In this document: positions 47,925-62,000 of the stretch, piece after piece | Layout: each line of letters opens with the position of its first letter | Numbering within the stretch: position 1 is the first letter of the stretch | Assembly (NCBI GenBank): GCA_025201805.1 | Contig: MU619270.1 | Location: forward strand, 15,037 to 79,036 | Source of the DNA: Parasitella parasitica NRRL 2501 | Taxonomy: Eukaryota; Fungi; Mucoromycota | Direction of reading: 5' to 3' | Length of the DNA: 64,000 bases | Program-made: the position numbers and the translations under genes | The notes under the pieces: model-generated | The model's database searches: none | Seen by the model: the letters and a program-made list of their open reading frames with translations, nothing else | What the model was told of the DNA's origin: nothing

Positions 47925-49191
47925 ATGCCTCCTTCAGCAATGGAAATCGATTCTCAGCCCTTGAAAGTGGCAAGCACGTCGGCATCAAGCGAGGAAGATG
48001 GTTATGTGTTGCCCTGGTAAAGTTTAGTTACATGTGCAATGTTACAATCGAGTAAACTAATTTGGTGAAATAGGGTAGAGAAGTACAGACCTGTTACTCT
48101 AAAGGATATTGTTGGCAACAAAGATGCTGTTTCGCGTTTGGAGACAATTGCTAGAGATGGCAATCTTCCCAACGTCATTTTGACTGTTAGTATGAAAGAA
48201 ACATCGCCTTTGAATGTGCATCGTATCTGACTTGTTTGATACTGTAGGGCTTACCTGGTATTGGCAAAACCACAAGTATACTGTGTCTGGCTCATGATCT
48301 ACTTGGTCCTTCATACAGAGATGCAGTGCTTGAATTGAACGCATCTGATGACAGGTATTATTCTTCTGTCCATGAGATATTACGCTTGAGCTAACCCGTC
48401 TAGTTTCATAAAGAGGTATCGATGTTGTCAGAAACAGAATCAAGACATTTGCTCAAAAGAAAGTTACTTTACCGCCCGGAAAGCACAAAATAGTTATATT
48501 AGACGAAGCTGACAGTATGACAGGTGGTGCTCAGCAAGCACTTCGTAGAACTATGGAGATTTACTCCAACACTACTCGGTTTGCTTTAGCCTGTAATCAA
48601 TCCAGCAAAATCATTGAACCTATCCAATCTCGTTGTGCGGTGTTACGTTATAACAAATTAACAGATGATCAAGTCTTGAGTAGATTAGAGGAAATATGTA
48701 GGTTAGAGAATGTAAGTGTGCAAAATCTCAATGCAGTGACATGCACATACTGACATGTTAGTCAGGTGAAATCAAATGATGAAGGCTTGGAAGCTCTGAT
48801 CTTTACGGCTGATGGGGACATGCGTCAAGCCATCAATAACTTGCAATCCACTCACTATGGCTTTGGCTATATCAATGCTGAGAATGTGTTCAAGATTTGT
48901 GACCAACCTCACCCTGTTGTGATCCAACATATGCTGGAGTATTGTGGAAAGGGTCAAGTAGATGAAGCTGTTACTTTGGTGGAACAGCTGTATCATCAAG
49001 GCTACTCATCGTTGGATATCATCACTACTATATTTAGAGTTACAAGAAATTACAATGAAATGGATGAACGTATCAGATTAGATTACTTGAAGGAAATTGG
49101 GTTCACCCATATGCGCATTTTAGATGGCCATCAGAGTATAATTCAGCTGTCGGGAATGGTTGCTAAATTGTGCGATTTATGTGCTAAATAA
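47925..49191 (+). CDS. RFC4: Replication factor C small subunit (yeast Rfc4 / human RFC2)
   Basis: [56 protein letters not shown] and [11 protein letters not shown]. Confidence 0.96.
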
Positions 49192-49657
49192 TTAAAGTGC
49201 TGTGAATTTTTGTAAAGGAGTATCACCAGAATCAGAGGGCATTGCTGTTTTCTTGTTTTAATCTACATGACTTTAAAAATTAAGCGACTAGCTGCTTGGC
49301 TACGGTAACATATGCTACTGACTTTTCTCTAGTTACTGTAGCATACAAAATGGTGGTAAACACTTTATATTTAACATGACTCTTTTAATTTCATAGACAT
49401 TGCAAAGTTCGGTTTTGGAAAGAGGAAAGCATAGTTGCTTTGATTGCGATATGCAAATATTACGATAAAACTTGAAACTATATGAAAATTACTTTTTTTG
49501 GTTGTAATAAAGCAACAAAAAAACAAAAAACAACAGAGAACAATTTGCACTAAGAACAATAGTATATATTTTCCATTTATTTTACAAAAACAGAGAAAAA
49601 AAAAGGGGGGGGGGTAAACAAAACTATTTACAACAGCATTTGACGAGGATTTGTTGT

Positions 49658-51091
49658 TTAATCAGAATCTTCATCGCTGCTGTCGTTGTTTTTTAACCAC
49701 TCAACAAAAGGTTTCATTTGAGCCAAAAAGATGGACTTGCCAGTAGGAAGATGAGCTTTGTTGTACCAGTATAAAATGGCATTATCAGACAAGACATCGT
49801 TCTTGTACAAGGTTTGAACCATGACACGAAACAACTTTTGAAAGTTAATTTGCTGGTAACAAGTAGACTGGACCTTTTGCAAAAGGGTAATCTCTAGTTT
49901 GGGACTGGCACAAAGGTGTTCCAAAACTTTGCTCCATGCATTAATCACGCGCAAAACCTGACTTTCGATTTGATCACAACGATCCATAGTACCGACAGTA
50001 TTCATCATGGATTCCCAAAAAATAGGGATAACATCGGCCTCGCTCAAATTAGCCTCCTTCATGGTGTCCTGGATCAAGATTTGAATTTTGTCAACAGTAG
50101 GCTCATCTTGCAAACTGCTGTTCAACTGGTTGGACAGAAATTCCTTCATGGAATTCTTCTTGTTTATACGGTAGTACTCTACCAATTCCATCATGTCCTC
50201 TGCCTCGAAATGACGAACAAGGCAATCTTCCTCACGCTTGTTGGGAGGGAAAAAATCAATGATTTGAGAGTTCAAATCTTCTTTGGCCAGAAGACGGCCT
50301 AGTTGTTTGATGTTTTGCTCATCCAAAACAGTGCGGAAGACGATGGTCGTAAAGGTCAAAGAGTGGCCATCCTTGACAAGATAATCCTTCAAGAGAACCT
50401 TCAAAACAGAGGGAGACACGATTTGGCTCGAGATGAGGAAACCAGTGGATTTGGCCAGTTTAGAGTTTTCCTCCGGCTGCCATTTGTTGGCGAATTGCAA
50501 AATGTTTTTGAGAGTGTCTCCAAAGATCATTTGCAAGTATTTGTAACGACGAGTTAATTTGCTGAAAACATCAATGTAATTTTTAATCACGGAGGCATCA
50601 TCTTCTGCTGCAAAAACGCAGAAAGGGCATCGCTCAGCATCATTATCAATAATTCCTCCAGGCTCTGTCAAAGAAATTAATACCGTCCCCTTGTTGTTAT
50701 CTTTAAAAAGTTACCTATGATACCACCAGTAATAAGGATTTCGAAAAGGGAGTCGCCGTATTTGCGATACTCAAGAGTGTTACCAAGTGTATCAAGTTTT
50801 GAAGAAATAGCTTCGAAATCACCTTCCTTGATGTCTTTTAGTTCAGCGAGTAATTTGTTTCTGAAAACTGTAATATATGCATTAATGGCTGCAGTCTCTG
50901 TGTTGTTTCAACACAACTTACTCTCAGGTTCGTGTTTAGCGTTGGCTTTTTGGACACCCTAAAGACCAATATGCGTTGGTCTACTTGTTTCGTTCCTCAC
51001 ACATGTTACAACTTACTTTTCTTTGTTTAATTCTTACACCATGCAAGGTGGGTTTGGGGTTACTAGAAGCCTGGGATTGGGTAGTGCTCAT
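49658..51091 (-). CDS. BZW: eIF5-mimic protein (BZW/5MP) with C-terminal W2 domain
   Basis: KPTLHGVRIKQRK, LEYRKYGDSLFEILITGG..PGG, RRYKYL, FFPPNKR, LYKNDVLSDNAILYWY and QMKPFVEWL; three introns. Confidence 0.92.
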
Positions 51092-51318
51092 GTATATGCT
51101 AAAACGATCTCTTGTTCTTGGTGCGTTTGTAGCAAAAAAATAAATTGAATGAGAAAGAGAATGGCAAGCAGATTTGAACTAGAAGATTTTTTTTTATACT
51201 ACCCGTTTAGTTGCTTCGTGACGTATAAAACACAGGCAATGCCACCCAGTCACTGACTTGTCCTTCCACAAGTAGCTTCTAATCTGTGCCCTCTTCCCCA
51301 ATGAAAAGTGGGCATTAA

Positions 51319-51336
51319 CTCGCGGGGAGACGCGCA
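51319..51336. promoter_or_regulatory. Paired CGCG (MCB/E2F-like) elements upstream of FANCI
   Basis: CTCGCGGGGAGACGCGCA ~25-45 bp upstream of ATG 51362. Confidence 0.5.
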
Positions 51337-51361
51337 GTACGTTTTGACTTCTTTTACGATC

Positions 51362-54300
51362 ATGGATATTGACATCTTCAAATATAACAAGCAGGCTGAT
51401 AAGCAACGCTTGATCGAATATCTAAACGATCAAACCAAAGAAGATGTAAGCAATCTGTCGATACATTCAATGAATTTCCCCAAAATTAACCTTTGAATTT
51501 GCCCATTGCAGCTCAAGGACCTCATTTCAACTAAATTAGACGACTACCATGCTGCCAACGATATCGATACCAGCCTACTGCTTCGAGCTATCATTCAGGG
51601 TTTGTAACATTCATATATGCATATGCCAGAAAATTGACTCTATTGATCTACATTTGAAAAGGGTCGCCCATCGAAAGCGATGAGAGCCGAGGCCTCAAAC
51701 GAAGATTTCTAGTTTTCAAATGTGTCATTGACTGGTAAATTGGTTTGACTGTGATGGAAAACAAAGGATCAACAGCTAATTCTTCACATGCTCAGGCTCA
51801 GTAACGAAGAAAAAGATGTACTGGAGAAACCCAAACAGGCGGCCTCTATTGTCAATCTGATCCTGCCCCAAGTAAGGCATTCAGCATTCAAAACATGGGC
51901 AACATGTCTAATGTCACTTGTTTCCTTTTTTCTTTTGCAATCCAGTTTGAACTGCTTCCTACAGATCTGCTTGGGACTGCGGGAAATTACCTTATAGACA
52001 TCATCAAGCAAGAGAAACCTATTCAGCTGCGTTTGTTGGATTTTTTATCGAAAATTTGGAATGTTTTAGTTGCTACTGATCAAGTGGATCAGGCCGATGA
52101 CATTTTCAGAGATCTAATGGAAGCTAAATGGCATCATCAATTGGTCGTTGGAATGGCATCTACCCTGAATGATATAGAGTTAACAAACAAACAACTAGAA
52201 ACAGCACTGATTTGCATGATCAAGTGAGTAATAGCCCGTTCTTTAACGCTAGTTTTGGTTTGCACAGTGTTTAATGCATCTCATTTTTCAGGAAGTTGGC
52301 GGATATTGAAATCGAAGAGGTGCCTCCTTACATATGGCAGTTGCTGTTGATCTCTAGAAAGGTTTTTGAGGAATGTTTCGAATAACATATGCCGACTTGC
52401 TGACATGGTGGTTTTGTGTATTATAGGGTTTTAAAAGGTTAGTTCTAACTGGAATATTAAACTTTTTCAATGAAACCGTGGATGAAAATCTTGGGTATGT
52501 GGTACTATATATTGTTCCCATTTTGATTGTGCTAAGTATAGTCATTTTTCAGTCGAGTAGAGGGCACAGTGATGCTTCACATATCTTTTGCATTGAAGCA
52601 AGACCAAGAATTAGGAAATGAACTGGTGAAAATCGTAAAAAGCGACAGACGCAATCAATTAAAGCTATTTAATGTTGCTTGCTTATTGACCGCCGCACGA
52701 ATTCATCGACTTCAAGACACTATTTTCGATCTTTTGAAGTCTACTATTACGTCTATTTACAAGGATAGTGATAAGATGGATAAATGTCACTGGGTATCAG
52801 AGTTTTCCCCACTGGATGCAGATAAATACGGCCAAGTATTTCTGAAAGTCGTAGAGAGATCGGCTTCTTCTGGTTGGGATCAGGTCGTTCAAAGTCTAAG
52901 CCAACTAGCAATGATTTTTATTGATACTGCCGCTAATGCAAGCGCCTTTTTCTCGGGAAATACAAGTATGTGTTTAAAACCTAGACATATTAGGTGTATT
53001 CGTCCTCTCTCTCACACATTTTAGATGCCATTAAAACCAGGTCTAGTGGATCAAAAGAAGATTTGCCAATGGAAAAGGTGTCCAACCTTGGTATAGACAT
53101 TCTTTTGAAGCTCTTTAAATATTACGATGTGGTTAGAGGCGAAATATTGGAGCAAATCACATCAAGAATTGTGTCAAGATCAGCTAGTGTGATGGATTTT
53201 CTAAGGCTATTAGCTTCAATTATTAGAGAATATCCTAATTGTATTGAAAAATACATGAGCAACGTAAATAATGATTTGGTTTTGGTATTAGTGTTGACTG
53301 ATCAGCTTCTTTTACAGATCAAAGACACATTGGACATTTTATCATTCTTGCCGCTTTCTACTGCAGAGCGTTTATTGAACGCCATTCAGCCCTTATCAAA
53401 AACAAATGAACAATTCAGAGATGGCTTGATTTTAATCCTTAGAAAAAGTTTGTTTGCAAAGTAAGTAAAACTGACTTTATCCCACAATCAGACAACTAAC
53501 GGCATTGGTCTAGAGATATTGATGGCCGTGAAATGGCCGTCAGGGGTTTCTTGAACATTTTAAAGGAGCAGTTGACTGAAATCGAGGAACACAAGGATAC
53601 TGCTCAAGCATTAGCCGCCCAGGGAGTAGCCTTCGAAATTTTAGGTACATAGGAATTCCATACAAGCGACAACTTGTTAGATGTCTGATCGTAGTGGAGA
53701 TAGGTCTTTTGAGAAGATGTTTCAGCCAACAATGTGAAATTAGAACATGTGCATATTACGGTTTGGGCTCTCTTAGTCAAGAATACCCTGCTTTCGCTGC
53801 AGATATATTCGAGTTATTATATACGCAGTTTATGAAAAGTTACGAGAAGGATCCGACCATATTGAATCCCATCAAATTAGACGTTTGCGTTGAAAATGCA
53901 AACAACGGGGGAGCTCCAAAAATCATCGAGCCCGTCCATATTCTGCTCTCTAATCTCGTAAACTCTCTCAGAGTGGCGGCCACTGTAGATGTTACAGCAA
54001 CTACAGCAGAATCCATGTCGAGATGTAAAGATCATTTGCTGTCTTTCGTCAGTCGATTATCAAGAGCAACTTTAGAAGATTTTGAGCTTGATAAAACTGC
54101 AAGTCTTGACATGGCAACTCATATTGGGTTAAGAAACAACTTTTACACTACTCTCTTGATAGGCGTTTATGAGGTAAGTGACTCCAAGGTTACTGAAAAA
54201 ACCTTTTTTTTTTTATAAACAAGTATAATTGTATAGGTTTCTTTAGAACATATCTTCCTCACTAATGATATCACTACACAATCAAGCGAAATTCTGCTGA

Positions 54301-56138
54301 CATTATTCAAGAAACGTACTGCTTTGTTCAGCAAAATAAAGGATTCGTCCACTAACGAAAAAGGAAGAAAGAATACGAATATTGCCCAAACTTCCTGCGT
54401 TAGCCTGGAATTCACGTCCAAAATGTTCCAATCCATATTTTCTACAAAAGATACAAAGGAAGAAAATGAAGGTTCCAAGCGCGATATCAGATCTAATCTC
54501 GATTTTGCTAACTTTTTAGTAACAAGCACATGTGATAGTCTTAAACAGGTAAAACCAGGCAAAAATTGTGTCTTTGTTGAGCATCAACTCTAATCTGTAC
54601 CTCAAGGCGATCGATGATACATACTATCAGCAAGATAATGAACATTTCAAATACTGTATCACTGTCTGCAGAATATACTTGTCGATCCTCAGAAAAGAAG
54701 ATTCGAATAGTACGTATGCTAACCAGCAATCGACCAAGAAATCACCCTCGGTGCTTGGAGCGATTGCTGCTTCTCTCTTGAAAATATTTGAAATTGTAAG
54801 CCATGTATGGCCCCAGCGCCTTGTACAGTTCTTGGATGCAATAATCGAAAAGGAGGACAAACAACAAGAGGAAGATCTTGGTCGCTTCAGCAAATCAACA
54901 AATCTTGTTATTTTAGACCTGGTCAATGAGATCAAGATAATTGTTGGCGAATACTTGAACGGCAACTCTCCTATTTACAAAGAAGCGGTTAATGTCATGC
55001 AGGTCGTGGTGTTTCTATGCAAAAAACTTGAAAAGACAGACCAAGATTATTTGGTGCGTACAAGACACATTGTTTCATGGCTGAATAACTTGGCCAAGAC
55101 GAAAGACATTGAGGATGTCTCTTTAGCCAGAGACATTACTGCGTTACTTTTGAAACTGTGTTCCAATGTTAGCGAATTTGATACTATCCAGAAGATTTGT
55201 GAAGACATACATCTAACTACCGGTGACTTGGAGGTTGCAAACCAGGATAGTGATATAGATACATCTATTACCTATCAGATTGTTAACAGTAAAACTTGTG
55301 CGACAATCACATCCAAAGTATTTGAGTTTATCGATGCCTCATTTGACGATCTTACATGGGGCATTGGACGACTTAAACTTTGCGGTAAGCATTGATATGT
55401 CAACGATGAGCATTAGCTAATCCTATTGATATAGCTGCTAATGACTCTGTCATTGAGAACACTAGAGACTTTGAAATCAAGACCTGTAAACGATTGACTT
55501 CCCTTCTGCTGATTCTTAGTGAATTAGTCAAGTCTAATCTACAAGGCTTACATGCTGAAAACTTGTTCAAGACGTTAGCAAAGGCATACAAGACACTTCA
55601 TACACTTGTTAAATACGTAAGTCTATATATCTATACAAAATGACCTACTGATCGTACTTGTATGCTCGTGCAACAGAAAATGCTATTCCCTGAAGACATA
55701 TCCCCTGACTTCATAAGTGTGATCAGTAAATCAGGCACAGAGATCACCGAAAAAATGTACAAATTCTTGACAGTCTATGGCCAATCACAATCACACACTC
55801 AGGATACATCCAGTAACTCACGCAAAAAGAAGGGCAAAAAGAAGGAGATCAATCAGAAACAGAAGCTCAAGATTCAACGTGAATCAAAGATGATTCCCAA
55901 TCTGATTTTCACTGTTGAACAATTCGAACGATACCTCATTCAATTGAGTCGTAAATCCAAAGTTGATTTCATGCAGTACATGAAACGTAGCACTTCTCGA
56001 GATTTCAGAATTCATATGAGTATAGTGCAAGCTAGTTCCGATGAAGAGGACGAGAACGAGGAAGAAGGAGAGGAATTGGGAAAAAAGAGATTAGCAGAGA
56101 ATCTTGGCGAACCATCCAAAAGATCACGCACAAACTAA
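51362..56138 (+). CDS. FANCI: Fanconi anemia group I protein
   Basis: [56 protein letters not shown] (ubiquitination Lys), [13 protein letters not shown] and [17 protein letters not shown]...[10 protein letters not shown]; many introns. Confidence 0.93.
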
Positions 56139-56194
56139 ACAGAGATACACAGTGTAGCTGTTTTATCCTTTATCAAATACACAATGACAAAGCT

Positions 56195-57612
56195 TCAAGA
56201 TTCTTTATTATAATACAAGCTAAATGCATCTAATGTAGTTGTAATTACTGCGACTAGGATTTCCATGGCAATAAGCCAAATGACTATCCATTCCAAATAC
56301 TCACCTATGATTTTATCAATCATTAAACCTTTGTATACTATGCCTTTCTCTTTAAAATACTTACCATGCGAACTGTTTAAATGGTCTTTCAACATTTCTA
56401 ATAGATCACTGATCACTTCTACTCTTTGGTTTAATAGCTCTACACGCTGTGATATCTCCAAGTAACTGCGAATAGCGCTATACAATGGTTCCAGTGTAGG
56501 TTCAGACCAAAATATTTCAGGAGTGTCCAAAATATTGGAGACTAGATTGACATTTATACGCATAATAAACAATTGGCCCATCTTTTTTGTTATAGCGGTT
56601 CTATACAGATTGTCGTTAACGTATAGCTGCCAAAAAATTGCGTGTACGCATAAACATACCTGGACATTTGAATGTTTCCACTTTCTGCCATTACTTGAGG
56701 TATATATTTGGTATCATTAATGGTATCATCAATCAATCTTTCAAACAGAGTCATTTTAACACTTTGAGCGATTGCATGGGAAATAGTTAGCTTGGCCAAG
56801 TAATTTGATGGATGGCGCAATGTAATAATGTCATTGTAAATGCGTGGCTGATAATAATCATTGTAATAGTAATGAAATTCTTCTGTTTCAACATCATCGG
56901 CGTCCAGTTTTTCCTCCTCAAACGACTCCAGTTGACTCAGAATGATTAATTCTTCTTGCAATGTCATTCCCCAAAATACAATAACACCATAGTCAAACAG
57001 GAACATCTCAGGTAATACGGTAGTAGCTGTTAAATTGCTTTGATTTCTATTGGATGGAGGCGCTGAATTCAGCGTAAACGGTGTATAAACACTACGTAAT
57101 AATATAAATGATCATGTTGTTGAAAGTATCATATAGAATCTTACCATTCGTCAAAGCGTCTGGGCATCGTACTATTTGTCCTTCTTCTTGATCGTAAATG
57201 CTTCAATAAGGCATCCATGCGATATGCTCTATAACAAAAATGAGAAAACAATTTGAGAATTTGTGCTCAAGACACTTTACGATGCGGTACAGTAGGCAGT
57301 TGCACGAGATAGCTCATTGCGGTCCAGTTTATTCAATCTTTCTGCCTCGACTCGAGCAGAATTATGAGGTATCTGAGCAAGTTGTGTATACACATCAGCG
57401 TCAAAAAGATTTTCCTCGACCGTTCTAGCATCATCGTTATCAGGGAAGAGCTTGAGTTTCTGAGATATTTTAGTTGTTCGCTGAGGCTGCTTGGGTTTCG
57501 TCTGTCTTGAATGTGCCTGAAAAGTCGAATACTCGGCCTCATTTGAGGTTAGCAAGGGATCGTACTCCTCGTGGATAGGATAATATCGCTTCTGAGAGGC
57601 GGTTTTGGTCAT
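56195..57612 (-). CDS. RMD1: Sporulation protein RMD1 family (DUF155)
   Basis: PQRTTKISQKLKLFP, RATAYCTA, FLFDYGVIVFWG, ISHAIAQSVK, ILDTPEIFWSEP, YLEISQRVELLNQR and LEWIVIWLI. Confidence 0.93.
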
Positions 57613-58307
57613 GTTGATATAAATGAAACAAACAGAAAATAGAAAAAAGGGAAAAAGGAATACTTTATCAAGTTACACGTTTTTTTTATTCATTTCGGCC
57701 TAAATAAAGAAGTGTAGACTTCACGATATAGTTGTCAACTTCAAAAGCAAAAAGCAAAAAGTCCAATTTCTACATTTAGTTGTATGTACTCTATAAACTA
57801 GGTTTATCTTTCGATATGAGAACTACAAGCCAGTAAGAACTATATGTAGAAAAGAAATGATCCAGGAACACCGCTTTAATTTCGTAATGAGTAAAAAAAC
57901 TATCATTAGATTAATCGCCTAGCAATGGACGCTTCATAGACCGTAAACTCGATAAACTTGCCATTAAAAACCTCCTAATTTTTCCTTATTGTCAAAAAAG
58001 AACAATATTTCACAAAAAGTGATACTCTTTTTTACCTTTGATGAGACACATTCCTAAAATGTCTAATGATGTACGAGTTTCAAGCAACACAAGGGACGGA
58101 GGCGTCAACTATTTGAGATATATCGACCTTAAAATCTTTTAGTTACTGGGAGAGGCTGTTATCACTGCTCTCATTCCCACCATTTTCATTGTTGTTTATA
58201 GTTGGACATTGTATCATTAGTATAAAAAAAATTACAACCCTGTCTTCATGAAAAATGCAATATATATCAACCTTTCGCAAGTTACCGTAATAAATGGTTC
58301 TGGTAAA

Positions 58308-58317
58308 NNNNNNNNNN

Positions 58318-58374
<57 letters not shown>
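58308..58374. other. 10-N gap followed by ~57-nt poly-A run
   Basis: Seen directly. Confidence 0.95.
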
Positions 58375-58376
<2 letters not shown>

Positions 58377-58603
58377 CTATAAATGGTATAATTTAAGTGT
58401 TTGTGAATGTTTATTATTCAACGGAGATGAAGCAAACAATGTTTGCATGTAAACGGAAAACGCCAAATACACAGATCAAAAATCATCACTTATATTGTTC
58501 CCACTTCTGTTGCAGGGATTTGTTTGGAAAAAATAAAAATTTATCTATATGATTTTTGTAGCATGGGAGTAGTGGATGTGGGCTTGTATAATTTTGCATT
58601 TAC

Positions 58604-60108
58604 TTAATAGTGGTAAATCTCGTTGGGTTCACGGCCACGAACAACGTTGGACGGCTCGCTACCAGCTTGATAAATATGGGTGTGGAAAGATGAGAGGGGA
58701 GGCTCAGGAGCAGCTTCAGCCTTCTTGAGGGCATCATCGACAATCTTGCGAGCTTCCTTGTCGATAGCCTTGAGATCGGCTTCAGTAGCAACGCCATTTT
58801 CAATCAAAATGTGCTTCATACCAGTGATAGGATCTGAGGTGGAACGCATATGTTGGATTTCCTCGCGAGTACGGTAAGTGGTTCCGGGATCAGACATGGA
58901 GTGACCACCATAACGATAAGTAGCTAATTCCATCACAAGAGGTCCCTTACCAGAGGTGGTCCATTCTTTGGCATATTGACAAGCTCTATAAACAGAAAGA
59001 ACATCCATACCATTCACCTTAATACCGGGAATGTAGTCACCACGCTTGAAGTACTCAGTGTTGGCGGAAGAACGCTTATCAGAGGTACCCATACCGTATT
59101 TGTTGTTCTCACAAACAAAGACACAAGGAAGGTCCCAAAGCTTAGCCATATTGAAAGCTTCAAAAACTTGACCTTGGTTAGCGGCACCATCGCCATAAAG
59201 AGCAAAGGTGACAGAGGGGTTTTCGAGGTACTTTTGAGCAAAAGCGACACCAGCACCAAGAGGAACCTGAGCACCGACGATACCGTTACCACCATAGAAA
59301 GATTCAGCAAACATGTGCATGGAGCCGCCCTTACCCTTGGAAATACCAGTGCTGCGACCCATCAATTCAGCCAAGATACTCTCAATAGTACCACCACGGA
59401 GGAAAGTAAAACCGTGACATCTATAAGCAGTGATTATATGATCGCTGCTTGTGATGGCAGCCTCCATACCGACAGAGACAGCTTCCTATCCATCCATGAT
59501 GAGTAAAATTTTTGTTAGTATACGTTGTATTACTTCTCCGAAGATAAAATATAGCTTGGTTGTGACATCAAATGCGGGGTTGTTTACCCATCATCCCCCG
59601 CGTTTGCCCGTTGCAACCCAAAAAGAACAGAAATCGGCACCACCACCCCAACCATTCAAGAAAACAACAATAAAAAAAAGTAGATTTTGAGAACGATGAT
59701 TTACCTGACCGTTACATAAATGGCAGAAACCGCGAATCTTCTTGGCCTTGTAAAGACCATCAGCAGTCATTTCCATGCGTCTCATAGTCGTCATCTTGGT
59801 ATACATGTCGAGCAATTCCTCCTTGGATACTTCAACATCCAAGCTAGGCTTCTCGCAATTGTACATCTCAAAAGAGGTTTCAGGCAGAGTTACAGTTAAT
59901 TTTTCTGAGAAACGAGGCATGCTAGTGGACAATGCACGCTATAATATTCGAGCAAGAGGTTAGTAAAAATTCAGAACTGAGGGGCTCGAATACCCCGCTT
60001 TTTTCTTTCTTTTTGCCCATATCCACAAAAACATTTCATTATATTTACCATGGGAGTGAAAGCGGCAACGCGCTTACCAGCAAATAATCGAGAAGCTTGA
60101 CGAAGCAT
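58604..60108 (-). CDS. PDA1: Pyruvate dehydrogenase E1 alpha subunit, mitochondrial
   Basis: Presequence MLRQASRLF; IRGFCHL..GQ|[29 protein letters not shown] and [12 protein letters not shown]. Confidence 0.97.
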
Positions 60109-61399
60109 ACTTTTTAAAAAATAATGATAAGAAAGAAAAAGAACGAATGAGAAAAATATATTTGGTTTTAAAATAGAGTATTTTTTTTTCAAGGTCCCAG
60201 AAATATCTTAAGTGTTTTGGGGAACAATTTGCAATGAATTTAGTCTGAATGATTGGCTTTGATAACACGACTCCCAACTCTTATGTATTTGGAGGAGTAC
60301 AAGAAGAAATATACTTCCTGTCTTCTGATATATTTTGTATTTATGGTTTCTGTTTTCTTTTTCTTTCAATTCATCAAGTAATGTGAACCTTAACCTTTCT
60401 TGAACATCATCTTGATATGCTCTAATTGAGGGCACGGAGCAAAGGTACTCTTGACTAGATCTCATTTGAAGCCTCACGAGCTCGTCCATAGGGTGTTTCT
60501 TACTATTATAATACAACTTTTAACGCTAAAAACTATCAACTATACAAAGGATCCCATTTATTGTTGAAAAATAAATCAAGATATGAGCTCAATCTAACCT
60601 ACGACACTTGAAATTCATTCAAGGATGTATATAATTCAATAAGTTGAAATATGCAATGAATTTTTTTCTATAACGGTGAATGCTAAGGATGATTTTGAAA
60701 ATAAAATGTGTTTAACGATGGCATTCTAGACATGTTTTGCCAGTAAAACCCAACATTGAGTTACAAGGAACAGCACACCAATTAATCTATACAAGTAAAA
60801 TTTACCGGTCAACAATTACCTGTACGAATAGGGCAAGTTGATATTGGTAGTCAAGCATCGAGGATGGCCAGTTGAATTTATCAGCGTCACCAAAAATTTG
60901 TTGAAGAGCCTAAAATTTCTACATGTCTTTTATATGCCTATATAAACTACCATTATTAACAGCAGAAATTATTTCTACACAAGACAGATATTAATATTAT
61001 TTCTATTGGACATAAAACATTGCTTTGTTTTTTTTGTGTTGATCATTGTTAATAATAAATCACATACATACCAGCCTTTTGACCAAGCTGGTTTTATGTG
61101 ATTTTTGGTATATAGTATGAATCTTTCAATGCTTAATTTAAAAACGGTTACCTCGTTTCATGGTCAATAACGCTTAGAAAAGGTGAATAGTGAGTTATAT
61201 TTGTGTCATTGTAAACATGTAAACAGACCCAAATTCAACATAAAATAATGGTTAAGCTCACTTTGGGGAATGTCTCTAAAATCAGCGTATCTATACTAAC
61301 TTATGTCCATAGTTAAATATTTTATATTCTGAACATCACTTGGGTTCCACTGGGCAATGTCTCTATCAAAAGTTATCAGCTCAAACCTTCAGCAAAAGT

Positions 61400-62000
61400 T
61401 AGACATTATGTAAAGCAATCAAATCTTTTTTCTCCTGGAAACATTACCAATAACATCCATACCAATCTTGAAAAGGCTATCATCAGCATATTCACCACAA
61501 TGTGATCGCAGGCAACCCAATATGCTCTTATTCACACGCACGTTCTTATTGAGCTGTATTACTTCAGTCTCCAAGCACACACCAGCAGGCTTGATCTCCG
61601 TGGCTGCCATTTCAATAATTTGCTGCTTGTCTTTGTCGTCTGATAGATGGCCCTTCAGTAGTAAATCAATTCGTCGTCCCATGATATGTTGTGACACTCC
61701 CCCCGTATTCGTTCTCATTGACTTGTCTATCAAATTTGGGGGCAGTGGATGTTGATTCACCACTAAGAAAGACGAGGAAAGTGTTAGTAACATTCAAAGT
61801 ACAAATTGTCGCCTACCGCCATACGTCTTCAAGCTCACGCTAGTTCCACGGAACATGATTCTCATAGGCACCCAGTAGCTTGCATACTCCTCTTCAGTGT
61901 GGCCAGCGGTCCAATCAACGTATTCCACAGTATTCAGACTAAAGTCATCAATGTCAAAAAGATGTGACAACCCCAAGCTGCTGAAATACATAGCTTACAT
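61400..62000 (-). pseudogene. Decayed Mucorales repeat-family gene with PD-(D/E)xK / restriction-endonuclease-like motif
   Basis: GRRIDLLL...AATEIKP...QLNKNVRVNKSIL...IGMDVIG with an upstream EEEYASYW..MFRGTSVSLK block; flanking frames are broken. Confidence 0.55.

Noticed and set aside
57840-58300. Coding-like fragments between RMD1 and PDA1
   Set aside because: Too many stops and frameshifts to assign a family by eye.
58318-58374. Long poly-A as a retroposon tail
   Set aside because: It abuts an N gap so its length is unreliable; no TSD or RT sequence seen, and poly-A/T tracts are common in this window.
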